Below, one piece after another: positions 12,901-24,707 of a stretch of DNA of 64,000 bases (positions are counted from its first letter, which is position 1; each line of letters opens with the position of its first letter). The stretch spans positions 24,041-88,040 of the forward strand of contig NW_025765324.1 in NCBI RefSeq assembly GCF_003918875.1. Direction: 5' to 3'. Below the pieces are notes generated by a model. It was not told where the DNA came from. It did no database searches and saw nothing but the letters and a program-made list of their open reading frames with translations. Origin of the DNA: Haliotis rubra. Its lineage: Eukaryota. The position numbers were made by a program, and so were the translations under genes.

Positions 12901-14428
12901 TATGACCTCAAAAACGGTTCCATAAAATAGTTTATGAAGCGGAGTAAAATGTCCGTCTTCGGTTCATTGAAATTAGCGAGGGGACAGAAAGTTGACTTCG
13001 ACTGCCGCTGGTGTCGAGCCTGATAACAACGTGTCAACGGGGCCAAGTTCGAATCTAAGGCTTAAGGAACTGCCACTCCGAGAGAAAATTCTTGTACCAG
13101 GAGTGAATCCCACGAATAGGGTAGAGTCTAACATTGCCAGAAAACTACTCATCCGCTGGTGCCTCAGAAGCCCTGATCGAGATGCTCTATTACATACCGC
13201 CCTCTACTTCCTAAGACCCCCGTCACACAATTACGGCGGAATGAGCCGGAATGCTGTCGGAATGAAAATTTCTGGAGATTCATGGAAATTCGAACTGAAT
13301 TCTAAAACTTCTTACTGCATTCCGAATGCATTCCAACTATTCGGGTCAATTCATGTAATATGCCCGAATGTTTTGAACATGTTCAAAACTTTCGAGGTAC
13401 ATTCGAAGTGGAAAAATATCGACCGGCTTTTGAGGTGCATTCGAACTGCATTCTAAGTATTCTTACTGCATTCTGACTGCATTCTAAGTAATCTGAACAT
13501 ATTCGAGGGAGAATAGAAAAGACAAGCCACTTCAAATCCTGTCAGAATGCCTCGAATGAGTCGGAATGTATCTTGATTGCTGCTGGAGTTCAAATATTCT
13601 TCAAATGTATCGGAACATTTCGATTGAAGTTGAAATACAGCTCCAATGTACCTCGAATACACCTGGAATGCATTCAGAATGTCCCGAATGCTCTTCAAAT
13701 GAGCCCTGCCGTCATCAGAACACCGCCGAATCGCATAAAAACGTCACCATCTGTCACAGAAACGTCAGATAGCAAAGCTTGAAAAAATTGTCTCACGAAT
13801 GCGGTTCGAATTTTTGGAACTATTTTTTTCTGGCCGATTCTCCTCGATTGCTGTAAATTCGAAATAAGTGTGAAGCAGCCTTAGTGACTGTTCATGTATA
13901 CCAACACTCTTGTATGCCCTTAGGGTAGGTAATAACCCCAGGCAGAGCCTTATATATAACATTTGGGAAATAAAGCTATTGTAGTATTTTGTTTCAGTGT
14001 GGTGAGATTGTTAACATTCGGGGAGAATATTAGGGTATTGGGATTTCTGCAGTATAGTAAGCATGCAGTCATCGTGTGGACAGGCTGCAGTATTACACGT
14101 AGATGTTTGCATATTGACCCCTTGTAGCACAGTGATACTGCTGTAGTGTGGCGACGCTGTACTAGCGCGTTGCTTCAATTGTCCCGTATTTTGTAATTTC
14201 GTCTCAGGCAAATATGTCATAATGTCTGATTTTACATTGCTCCATTACATGTGTAATGGATACACAGCTCCCAAACTACTATCTAATATTTGCTTAATAC
14301 TGGTTAAACGTTGGGTAACTGGAAGTTGTTTAAATGCAGTTAAACCATGCCGTAGAGAGAGGAGAAAGATAGGAAGAGACACCTTTCGCCCTATTATATA
14401 CCGCCCTCTACTTCCTAAATGAATGTTC
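9990..14428. repeat. Large palindrome. The left arm (about 9990-11192) and the right arm (about 13226-14428) are inverted copies. The spacer (about 11193-13225) is about 2 kb.
   Basis: Identical ORF pairs appear on opposite strands: 10720..10965(+) = 13453..13698(-), 10636..10845(-) = 13573..13782(+), 10202..10411(+) = 14011..14220(-), and 9907..10200(-) = 14222..14422(+). The symmetry centre is about 12209. Each arm consists of unit-junction sequence plus a ~727-bp GAATG/CATTC-rich low-complexity segment (10466-11192). Confidence 0.9.
12478..12812 (-). mobile_element. Two diverged, partly deleted SINE-A copies in the palindrome spacer. A SINE tail fragment (ctggaatattgctaaaagcggcgtaaaa + (ACTC)n) also lies at 12312-12370.
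   Basis: They match the SINE-A consensus seen at least 12 times in the window. Short gtagatgaaagt subrepeats flank them. Confidence 0.6.
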
Positions 14429-14633
14429 ATGTATAAATGCGAGTAGTGACTATTGTTAGTGACAGTCCATTTTGGTAAAATAGATACCTGTACATGTATG
14501 TAACATACAGCCAGTATAGTCGTGGGATTGTTGACATTCAGGGTGAATATCATGCTGTTGGGATTTCTGCAGAGTAGTAAGCAGGCGGTCATCGTGTGGA
14601 TTGACTGCAGCATCAAACGTAGTGATACTGCTA

Positions 14634-14727
14634 GAGAGAGAGAGAGAGACAGAGAGAGAAGGAGAGAGAGAGGGAGAGAGAGAAAGAGAGAGAGAGAATG
14701 AGAGAGTGAGTGATAGAGAGAGAGAGG
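14634..14727. repeat. (GA)n microsatellite.
   Basis: A direct run of agagagag. Confidence 0.95.
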
Positions 14728-15294
14728 AGCACTCTATTATATACCGCCCTCTACTCCCGAAATGAATGTTCATGTATACCAACACACATGTCCACCCTCA
14801 GGGTGATAACCTCAGGCAGACCCGTTGAGGCGAAAACAAATGATCAGCTTACATCATTAACGTTAAGGTGTGTTGCTTACCTGGAAGTGGCCAGCCCAAG
14901 GTAAATCAATCACATATAGTCCACCAGTTGTATATAAAGGAGAGGGAAAAGGTATTCTATCATCTCTTAATCACCTGCTGTTAAGACACAGATACGCGTT
15001 AACACCAAACTGTAAGTACCGTTTCAAGGTTTGCTGTGGTAAATATGTATACCTTGAAGTTGTCGTTCTTCTGCTGCACAACTCTCCTTTATCAACTTTA
15101 CATTGGTCCAATTCATCAAAGTGCGAATAAGTAAGGCATCTGTACATTTGGAAGTATGTGGATGCACATGAAATAAAAAAATGATAACATTATTCATTAG
15201 GAGTGGCGTGAAGTCAATTCTCCAGACGAGTAATGATAACATGTTGTTTTCCTGTCTTGAAGATGATTTTTATGTTACTGAACAGATACTCAAA

Positions 15295-15866
15295 ATGATG
15301 AAGATAGTCGCCGTCCTTGTTGCCTGCCTGGCTGTTACCGCCTTTGCTGAGCCAACCGGTCTGTATGGAGCATATGGAATGGCTGGGTTGTATGGAGGAA
15401 TGGGCGGAATAGGCTACGGAATAGGTGGAATGCAGGGAGGTCTTTACGGAGGCTATGGCGGTCTGTACGGAGGAATGGGCGGTCTGTACGGAGGCAAATA
15501 CGGATACGGCATGGGAGGTCTGTATGGAGGACTTGGAGGACTTGGAGGCCATGGTGGTCTCTACGGAATGGCAGGCTACGGAATCGGACTAGGAAAAGGT
15601 ATTTCACAACACATGCTGTCATTCTTTCTTCTGTTATCCCATTTTAAACTTCACTTGTATAAAATGATATCATGTATTTATTAGTACTATTTTATGCAAA
15701 TAAGCTGTTGTCAGTTGATAAACATCTGTAAAACTGTTGTCAGCTGTTTGAAATGCTTGGTATAGTTTATGGTGCAAGCAGTTTCAACATTTCCATGTTA
15801 CTTTTCCATAAATCCCAATTTTATATGTAACTATTTTTTCTGTTTCAGGAATCGGCTACTACTGAG
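15295..15866 (+). CDS. Gly/Tyr/Met-rich secreted protein, copy 4, in the inverted unit. Exon 1 is 15295..15598, exon 2 is 15850..15866, about 106 aa (MKIVAV variant).
   Basis: ATGATG at 15295-15300. Donor g|gt at 15598/15599. Acceptor ctgtttcag at 15841-15849, then gaatcggctactactga. AATAAA at 15932-15937. A candidate 5'UTR acceptor ttactgaacag ends at 15285, 10 nt before the ATG. Confidence 0.7.
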
Positions 15867-17079
15867 TTACTGTCACCTGCAGTGTGAAGAAGACTATTTA
15901 TTTTGTATACTCATGACAATACAATTGGTTCAATAAAACTTGAAATACAAACGATTTGTGCTTTGTTTGGGAAATCTTAAAGCTGAACTGAAAATTCACA
16001 AAATGGCCAAGCCATCTAGGTTTCTTGATAGAGAAAGAGATTGGCAGTTGAGTGAATTAATTTCATTTCATCAATAAATGGACCCACACTCGGGAATACC
16101 CCACCGCCCCTCATCAATGGATGGACCCATACTCGTCAAATACGACTGACTGCTACATAAAACAACATTTACTCACAATTGTGTCATAATGACATTGAAA
16201 ATGACAAAGCCATGATCGCAAATTGGAACAATTTATTTACTTTATAATATTTCAGAAAGACTGGACAAGTTCAACAGCAGTATTCTAAAGCATCGGAGAT
16301 GGTTTATCATGATAACTAATGAAATGTTGTTTCTAAAATGTTTGACAAATGAGGAACCAACATGCAGTAGTGTGGAGGCTAATATACTGATTATATATTT
16401 ATCAAACAATTGTTGAAAAGAATAGGCCTGAGCAAGGTAAACAGTATAGGAGTTCTCTCCCTTGATCCACAACAGCCTCAGTCCTGCAAAATGAAGTAAA
16501 CAGGCCAAAAGCAACTAAAAGATTTCTAACACATGACAGGAACAAGCACTGAAATTGCATTGTGTAACACAATAATAATTAAAAGGCACTCCATGCACCA
16601 TTTAAAAATGATATTAAATATTGATGTAAGATATGAAATAAATTAATACTTTTCGTCTACCTATTTCTTCAGGCAGCAACTGACATGTTTACTGACTTAA
16701 ACACTCTATTATTATTGAATTTAGTAATATGGAACAAAACATAGAACAAAAAGCTATCAGTTAATTTGTTTAAATAACTGTTCAAATCCAAAGTAAACCT
16801 GTAGTTTCAGTTCCAACACAACACTACCACTTAAAGCCTTTCTCTGAGATAACGAATATTTCTTCATAACACCCCCAGATATATCCAATGTTTGTCTTGT
16901 TAACCTGATCAACAAATACAATGTATACACACAAACAAAATATGGCCTACCCACTCTAACCATCCAAGAAACATTTGGTAAGTCTAACATTTTTCGATAT
17001 CGATTTCGATCTGCTGTTACCTTTTCTTAAAAACTTTGACTCTTCTTTAGCACTATAGTGTGTGCAAACCCTGAGACAA

Positions 17080-17492
17080 CATCGACAACCCATCTGCAGA
17101 CAACCCATCTGCAGACAACCCATCTACCCATCTACAGACAACCCATCTGCAGTCAACACATCTGCAGACAACCCATCTGCAGACAACCCATCTACAGACA
17201 ACCCATCTGCAGTCAACACATCTACAGACCATCTGCAGACAACCCATCTACAGACAACCAACTGCAGATAACCCATCTGCAGTCAACGCATCTGCAGTCT
17301 ACCCATCTGCAGTCAACGCATCTGCAGACAACCCATCTGCAGACAACCCATCTGCAGACAACCCATCTGCAGTCAACCCATCTGCAGACAACCCATCTGC
17401 AGACAACCCATCTGCAGTTAACCCATCTGCAGACAACCCATCAGCAGTCAACCCATCTGCAGACAACCATCTGCAGACAACCCATCTACAGA
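17080..17492. repeat. Minisatellite with a 15-bp unit (cagacaacccatctg), about 27 copies.
   Basis: Visible periodicity. The ORFs 17058..17630 and 17053..17247 are artefacts of it. Confidence 0.9.
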
Positions 17493-17681
17493 GAATTCAC
17501 GAGTACAAGACACAACCAAGGCACTGGAAAGTCAGTCAGATGTTTCCCAGATTCAACAGCCAGACTGATTGGCATATCTTGTTATCACAATGTCTGGTCA
17601 TGTTTCAAGATAATATCTGCTGGTGTTTGATAATGTCTATTGGCAACATCTGGTGTTTCTGTTTTGTGATAATGTCAGCAA

Positions 17682-18480
17682 TTATTGCCGCCTGATCCTG
17701 CGTCTCTGTCCACCATTGTAAGGCTGGTACCGACAACGGTTGAAGTCCACATGCCGAGCCATCTGTTCAAAGTTGTTGTTGCTGTAGGGATGCCACTGGA
17801 AGTTGTCCCTGGATCCAAGGTCTGTCACAAAGCTGCTGTTATCCATGATTTGGCCATACCCACAATCATTTCTCAGCTTCCTGTTGGTGTCCATTGTCTG
17901 TCTGTTTAGAGTGCCACGGTTTATGTTCATGGGGTTGATGTCCTTCAACATTCGGTTCACATCAAGGTTTAGTGGGCGACGTTGGGGCCGAACAGGCTGT
18001 TCCTGTCTGTTCAAAACCTGAGGCAATGCTCGGGAAGGAATGGTGTTACATCCAAAACGAAATATCTCCGGGTTCTTTTCCTGGTTTTTCTGGACATTGC
18101 CAGGGAGATGGAAGCCCCAGGCATCCGAGATGTGAGTCAGCAGCAGGTTGGTAATGCGCCGATGAGCTGTCATGTCCCAGTGTATGCCGTCATCGGCACG
18201 GCGGTGAAGCTGATACCGCAGGAAGTAATGCAGGTCAAGAACATCAAAGTCATTTTCAACCACAACCTTGGCTGCATAATAGTTGGCTTCCAGGATGTCC
18301 AAACGCAGAGTGGAGTTCATGAATTCAATCTCAGGGATTATGAAACCACCCCGAGCATTCTTTGAAATGGGAAGTGTAGTGTTCCAGATGACCAGAGAGT
18401 CAGCAGGCAGCACCTCCTTGAACCGCCTGAACAATGTCTTCAGGTTCTCTTTGTACTCATCGATAGCTTTCACACCATAC
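17682..18480 (-). CDS. PCED1: PCED1-like terminal exon. It encodes (R)YGVKAIDEY…LVIWNTTLPI…FDVLDLHYF…DGIHWD…LLLTHISDAWGFHLPG plus a long C-terminal tail and stop.
   Basis: Acceptor ctgtgttgcag| with a phase-2 start at 18480. It carries conserved SGNH/PC-esterase block III (VIWNT) and the DxxH catalytic motif (DGIHWD). The stop is at 17684-17682. Confidence 0.85.
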
Positions 18481-19639
18481 CTGCAACACAGAAACGTATG
18501 ATCTAACCAAACACATACATTTGCACACAATCACTGAACAGGTCACTAAGTGTGGCAGCTCTTGGTCTGTACAGGTCCCAAGCAACCAAAGCTGGACAAC
18601 GTAACAGATGAGGTAGTCGGGCAGGGTGACCTGGTTGCTTGCATGTCATCATACACCATTGGTAAAGATCTTTGCTCATGACATCAATAAATGGATTGTA
18701 TGGTTTGGACTTAAAGGGACACAGACCTTTGTATTTCTCCAAGACTGGTTGTTGCCTTTGTTGTATTTTTAATGTTGACCAGCAAATCGACCAAGGGCAG
18801 CTAATGAGACCTCTCTGGCAGCTATAGACAGCCTGGGTAAAGCTTGGGATTAGTGCCCCTTTAATTATAATAATTACAGGCTTTATGATGTCACTGGAAT
18901 ACAGCCAAGTGTAGATGCTAACACTGTTATCAAGCAAGTGATAACGATGTTAGAATATACACTGAAACAGCACATCTATTGCAAAAAAGAAGTTGTCTAT
19001 CCATGAAATTATACCAGCTTCTAAATGCCACTTAAAGAAGTTATACTGCAAAGTGTGGCATTAGATCACACACAAACCCACAAACGAACAGCTTATCATT
19101 ATCTGTGAAGGATGAGGTGGTTGAACACTTAACAAGAATATTTTAAGATTGTAGTATTCATGTTAGGATAACAATCATTTCTGGATATGACCCGATGTAT
19201 CAGTGAATTACTAGTATTTACTTGGTCAGACACTAAAAAGACCCTCACCAAATCACAGCCATTTAGTTCGGTGTGGGTGGTAAAAAACTATGCTAGTTAA
19301 AGATGAATTATACAAGTTTGTTGGTTAGTTAATGTCACACTCAGCCGCATTCCAGATATATGACAGCATTTTCTAAATAATCAGTGACAGACTTCATGAG
19401 CATCGATCTACACAGCTGACATAACAAATACATTTAATCAGCGAAGTCACCAAGTCCTGTTAACTGCCTCTTTGGACAAACAAGGGTTGATGAGAAATAT
19501 TCTAACCAAGATTACCACTGACCGCCAAATTCAGTTGCCTCTTATGACCCTTTCAACCCAAGGCTCTTCAAGGCCTAGATTCATAAGCATTATCATTATC
19601 ACACAATACTTTAAGATTGACAATCATCATCTAAGTTAC

Positions 19640-20000
19640 ACTTGGTTGAGGTGAGGTGAAATTGGGTTTAACGTCGTGCTTGAGAATATTTCGCTCATAT
19701 GACGACGTGCATGCATGTGTATGTGTATGTGTATGTGCGGCTGCTTGTAATAGCCCAGACTTAAGCTGGTTTTATAGTGCTAGCCCACTGAGATACCATG
19801 CCGCAGTGAAGCATGAATACCCCACTCAGACACAGTATACTGACTCCGAGCCGACCAGTCCTTGCTGTACCAATTAATGCCGAACGCCAGGCAGGGACCA
19901 ACAAGTACCATACTTTAACGTCTTGTGGTATGACGCGGTCGGGGATCGAACCCGCGACCTTCCGCTCTCTGGGCGGACGCTCTAACCACTACACCACGGA
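19640..20000 (-). mobile_element. SINE-C, a tRNA-derived SINE of about 360 bp. It has a tRNA-like head, a (CATACA)n-like region and a ttcacctcacctc tail.
   Basis: A second copy at 55300-55665 is about 90% identical. Fragments lie at 47825-47915 and 58085-58130. The head carries an A-box TGGTGTAGTGG and a B-box GGTTCGATCCC. Confidence 0.7.
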
Positions 20001-20169
20001 GGCGGTCTACACTTGGTTGAGACCGGTTACAAGAGTAGGCTACAGTGGTGACATAATTTAATCACTATGAAAGCACAATGCCATTTAACAAGAGTCATCA
20101 GAAGATGGCATATCCCCCCGGCCTCCACATCTTTGAAAGAACAAATCATCTGACAGTTACTTTAAGTCC

Positions 20170-21720
20170 AGCTTGATTTTAGACTAAGTGCAAATCGTTT
20201 CCATGGAAATCATGAAAAAAATAAATGACAAAAATCTGCGAATAGCAAAAGGCACCACTTTGGGATCTGCCTCACATATCTGCCAAGTTTTGCTGAAAGA
20301 TATCGAGATGTTTTTGAGTTGTGCTCCGGAAACGAAGCCCACCCCTCACTTTTGGGACTAAGTCCGAATCGTTTCCATGGAAACCGAAAATAAAAATGCC
20401 AAAATCTGCAAATAGCAAAAGGCACAACTTTAGGATGTGTTTGATATATCTACCAAGTTTTGTTGAAATATATTATAACGGTTTTTGAGTTGTGCTCGAA
20501 ACGAAAAGCAATCCTTACTTTTGAGACTAAGTCCAAAAATGTTTCCATGGAAACCAAGAAAAATAAAAATGCCAAAATCTGCAAATAGCAAAAGGCACAA
20601 CTTTAGGATCTGTTTGATATATCTACCAAGTTTTGTTGAAATGTTTTGAATGGTTCTTGAGTTATGCTCCGGAAACAAAGCCCACCCCTCACTTTTGGGA
20701 TAAAGTCCGAATCGTTTCCATGGAAACCGGGAAAAATAAAAATACCAAAAATCTGTGAAGAGCAAAAGGCACCACTTAAGGTTCTGTTTGATATATCTAC
20801 CAAGTCTTGTTGAAAAATATTAAACGGTTCTTGAGTTATGCTCCGGAAACGAAACCCGGCCCTTCCTTTTGAGACTAAGTCTGAATCATTTCCATGGAAA
20901 CCAAAAAAATAATAAATCACAAATATCTGCAAATAGCAAAAGGCACCACTTCAAGATCTGCCTCACATATCTGCCAAGTTTTGCTGAAAGATATTGAGAA
21001 GTTTTCGAGAAGTGCTCCGAAACGGCTTCCACCCTCACTTTTGGGACTAAGTCCGAATCGTTTCCATGGAAACCGGAAAAAATAAAATGCCAAAATCTGC
21101 AAATAGCAAAGGCACAACTTTAGGATGTGTTTGATATATCTACCAAGTTTTGTTGAAATATATTAAACGGTTCTTGAGTTATGCTCCGAAACAAAGCAAT
21201 CCTTACTTTTGAGACTAAGTCCAAAATGTTTCCATGGAAACCGGAAAAATAAAATGCCAAAAAATCTGCAAATAGCAAAAGGCACCACTGTAAGGTTCTG
21301 TTTCATACATCTACCAAGTTTTGTTGAAAAAATATTAAACGGTTCTTGAGTTATGTCTCGAAACGAAGCCCCACCCTCACTTTTGGGACTAAGTCCGAAT
21401 CGCATTCCATGGAAACCGGAAAAACATAAATGCCAAAAAATCTGTGAATAGCAAAAGGCACCACTTTAGGATCTGTTTGATATATCTACCAAGTTTTGTT
21501 GAAAAATACTGAACAGTTCTTGAGTTATGCTCCGGAAACGAAGCCCACCCTTCTTTAAGACTAAGTCCAAAACGTTTCCATGGAAACCGAGAAAAATAAA
21601 AATGACAATAATCTGTAAATAGCAAAAGGCACCACCTTAGGTTATGTTTGACATATCTACCAATTTGGGTTGAAAAATATCGAACGGTTTTTGAGTTATG
21701 CTCCGGAAACAAAATGATTA
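20170..21720. repeat. Satellite with a ~172-bp unit (…gtttccatggaaacc…ctgcaaatagcaaaaggcac…), about 9 copies, inside a PCED1 intron.
   Basis: The motif gtttccatgg recurs at 20196, 20371, 20541, 20714, 20889, 21061, 21228, 21404 and 21574. Confidence 0.9.
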
Positions 21721-21783
21721 CGGACGGACGGACAGACGGACGGACAGACGGACAGACGGACAGACGGACGGACAGACGGACGA
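21721..21783. repeat. (GACGGACAGACG)n microsatellite.
   Basis: Visible repeat. Confidence 0.9.
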
Positions 21784-22653
21784 GGCGACGACTATATCCC
21801 ACCGCATTACATGCCGGTGGGATAAAAAGTGGTAAAATGTAACACATTATATTTTGGATTACACTTTCCCAGTAAAGTACATATTCTAGTGCTTTTGTTA
21901 GGTTGAGTCCCACCTAATCCCCAGCACACAAAGGCAGAGATCTATCAAACTCAACCACATGGAAGCCGGACAACTGGTAGTCTAGATCACATACTTTGTT
22001 TCCTCTCTGACTTGTGTAAAAACTATGAATACACAATGCTAGAGGCACTACTCCCAGTACTAAGCTGGTTCTCGGCTCCCTTTGCATGTGCCAACTTGCG
22101 ATATGCGGGATGGGGACCAGCTTACTTCCTGTACAAGATTTCCAGTAACAAGCGTATATTCAAGAACCAGTTCTGGTTCCAAATTGCGAGACCGCCAAAT
22201 ACGACTTTACCAGACCGGACCAAGTGTACGTTGTTTGTCCCCAGGAGTACTAACGCTCGCAAAGTGCTATGACCTACTTACGGGCCCTATCTAGAAAGTG
22301 GTCAAATGTAACATAAGTAATATATATGGGATAGCTTTCAGACATGGGATCTGTGCCTATTTACACTAGTCAGAAGGATACAAAGTAAAAATACAGTATA
22401 TTTCTAAAACAGCATACTTATGGACAGACAACTTCTTTACTGCAATGGATGCAATAATCAAGACCAATCAAGATTAAGAGGCCCCAACTCTTTGTCCATC
22501 TCACTTCATACCATTATCTATTAGTAGCTATTAGTAATGTAATCACACTGTACATCAACCTTGTACCCATGTGGGGAATCAAACCCAGGTCTTTGGTGTG
22601 ATGAGCAATCGTTTTAACCACTAGGCTACCCCCACAGGTTGTCAAAAGCATAC

Positions 22654-22886
22654 CTGCTGATATCCCACAGACAGGAGTTGAGGATCACAATATCAGGCCT
22701 TGGTTCATCACTCAGGTCAGCCAGAATGCTCTCCATGTAAGCGTTGTAGCAGCGGCATACAAAGTAGAATCGGACGAGGTGGTAGTCCGACAGGTACTGT
22801 CGCACCTCACGGTAGTTGATGCCATTACTCATCTTGCCCTTCTTCCCTTCCTCGATCAGCTCATCCCTCTCAAAGGTCATCTCACC
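22654..22886 (-). CDS. PCED1: PCED1-like exon 3. It encodes GEMTFERDELIEEGKKGKMSNGINYREVRQYLSDYHLVRFYFVCRCYNAYMESILADLSDEPRPDIVILNSCLWDIS(R).
   Basis: Acceptor tatgcag| with the exon starting at 22886. Donor ag|gtatgc after 22654, ending in phase 2. The segment aligns with PCED1A GELNFEQDELVDGG…DLVIMNSCLWDVSRY. Confidence 0.85.
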
Positions 22887-22934
22887 CTGCATACAGGTGA
22901 AAGTTCACAGGTAGAGAATACAAGAATTGTAAAG

Positions 22935-23165
22935 GAGTGAGTGAGTGAGTGAGTTTAGTTTTACACCGCATTCAGCAATATTCCAGCTATATGGTGGCAG
23001 TCTGTAAATAATCGAGTCTGGAATGGACAATCCAGTGATCAACAGCATGAGCATCGATTTGCGCAATTGGGAACCGATGACATGTGTTACCCGATCCTGT
23101 TAGTCACCTCTTACAACAAGCATGGGTTACTGAAGATCAATATTCTAACCCAAACCTTCACCGGT
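22935..23165 (-). mobile_element. SINE-A copy. (GTGAGT)n is at the left, meaning the element's (ACTC)n 3' tail reads on the minus strand.
   Basis: It matches the consensus …gtgaaggtccgggttagaat…gacacatgtcatcg…gatcactggattgtctggtccagactcgat.atttacagaccgccgccatatagctggaatattgctgagtgcggcgtaaaac…(actc)n. Confidence 0.8.
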
Positions 23166-23865
23166 CAGAACTGTAAAGGAAGAAGCAGATAATGGAGCAT
23201 ACAACATTATGGATGACAAACTACGGTTTGGTGTAGATTTTTACACCATTATCAAGCTAAAAGCTACACCAAAACGTCACACTATGCAATAAACAAGAAG
23301 TTGTCATCTATAAAGTTTCTGACAGATATCAATGTCTTAAAGTCAGCTGATATTTCAAGTCATATTTTCAAGTTGTTGTTGATGAGTTGGTTCAATATTG
23401 ATGTTTTTGCTTGTCTTATTGTTGTCTGAAATTATCAGTTCTATCAACAACAAAAAAAAACGGTTCTCTATGCTAAACAGTTCAAATGACAAACATTGAC
23501 ATGCTAGTCCAATTCATTTAGTTGCCTATTAAATCCAAAACATATGGGAAAGATTGTATCTCATTATCATCAAAGTGTCAATTACATCCAAAATCCATTT
23601 GACCATAACTTGGTCTGCAAAGAAAATCACCTGTTAGAACACAACACAAACTACCCAGACATTGTATTGCCCTTCATGTCTAAGTCATCTCAAGTTTCTT
23701 CAATGCTACACTCTCCATTATCCCAGTCCTATCACAACAGCTTTTAAATATATGAGTCTGGACCAGACAATCCAGTGATCCAATATTGTGAGGAATGATC
23801 CACACAATCGGGTTACAATGGCTTTCAACAATGTCAAGGAAGCTTACATATCTTACAAGCCTAGA

Positions 23866-24125
23866 CCAGTAGTGAGTGAGTGAGTGAGTTTAGTTTTACG
23901 CTGTGCTCAGCAATATTCCAGCTATATAGCAGTGGTCTGTAAATAATAGAATCTGGACCAGACAATCCAGTGATCAACAGCATGAGCATCGATCTGCGCA
24001 ATTGGTAACCGATGACATGTGTCAACCAAGTCAGCAAGCCTGACCACCCGATCCCGTTAGTCGCCTCTTACGACAAGCATGGGTTACTGAAGATCAATTC
24101 TAACCTGGATCTTCACGGGTTCCTC
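23866..24125 (-). mobile_element. SINE-A copy.
   Basis: Same consensus. Confidence 0.8.
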
Positions 24126-24707
24126 AACCAGTAAAGGTGCAAGGTAGAATTGCTCTCAGGAATCTATGCTTGTCACAAGAGGTGACTAACTGCATCTGGT
24201 GGTCAAGCCCTCTAACCTGATTTAAGCATGCCATCGTATGCCACCTGCGGACATCAATGCTCACTCTACTAATCACTTGATTGTGCGGTCAAGACTATAT
24301 TATTTACAGACTGCTTTATTACATCCTGGAATACAGACAGTGATCAACAAACTACCAGCAACAGTTGCTAGGCAGCTATTCAAAGCCAGCATCTTCTGTG
24401 GGCATGTCAGGTATGGTCAGGTATGGTCAGGCAATGGTTACCTTGTTGCGGAGGTTGCTATCAGACAGGTATCGGTTCTTCTGGAGCAGCAGCACCATAT
24501 CCTTGTACACAGCTCGCTGTACTGCAGGAAACAATAACATGGGTATTTGTATCATTTAAGCTACCACTTACAACCCTTGAGCAGCCTAGTCAACTTCTCA
24601 CTTTATGTTCAAAGCACTACATTCTTCTACCACATACAGTTATAGATAAGGGGTGGCCTTCAGCCTCTCACCTGATGACTGTGGACGACTCTAAGGTCCA
24701 AATCAGG

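Larger units (their letters stand above)
13953..16000. repeat. Inverted partial copy or copies of the 3.35-kb unit. It includes a diverged partial duplicate of the unit start (about 14430-14630) and gene copy 4.
   Basis: It is the reverse complement of the unit-1 regions around 1-450 and 2000-3350. Homology to the unit ends near 16000. Confidence 0.85.

Noticed and set aside
11060-13456. ORFs 11060..11473(-) and 12992..13456(+) sharing YGGMSRNAVGMKISGDSW…
   Set aside because: The shared part is simply the palindrome-arm boundary read on the two strands. The remainder is unique spacer with no domain and no start context.
10466-13952. A DNA transposon with about 730-bp TIRs (arms 10466-11192 and 13226-13952 around a 2-kb core).
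   Set aside because: The flanking unit sequences are themselves inverted, not direct. There is no TSD and no transposase ORF. The structure is better explained as a palindromic inverted duplication, though a TE-mediated origin cannot be excluded.
19890-20000. tRNA-like sequences. Others are at 22560-22640, 40721-40800, 44085-44160, 54790-54860, 55570-55660, 55950-56030, 58350-58440, 58780-58860 and 59720-59800.
   Set aside because: Acceptor, D and T stems do not pair cleanly. Each is followed by a conserved SINE body and tail and occurs in multiple near-identical copies. They are SINE heads, not tRNA genes. tRNAscan-SE would settle this.
20210-21913. Minus-strand ORFs of 71-174 aa across 20.2-21.9 kb.
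   Set aside because: They are frames through the 172-bp satellite and the (GACGGACAGACG)n microsatellite, which gives the SVRPSVRP run. They are not coding.
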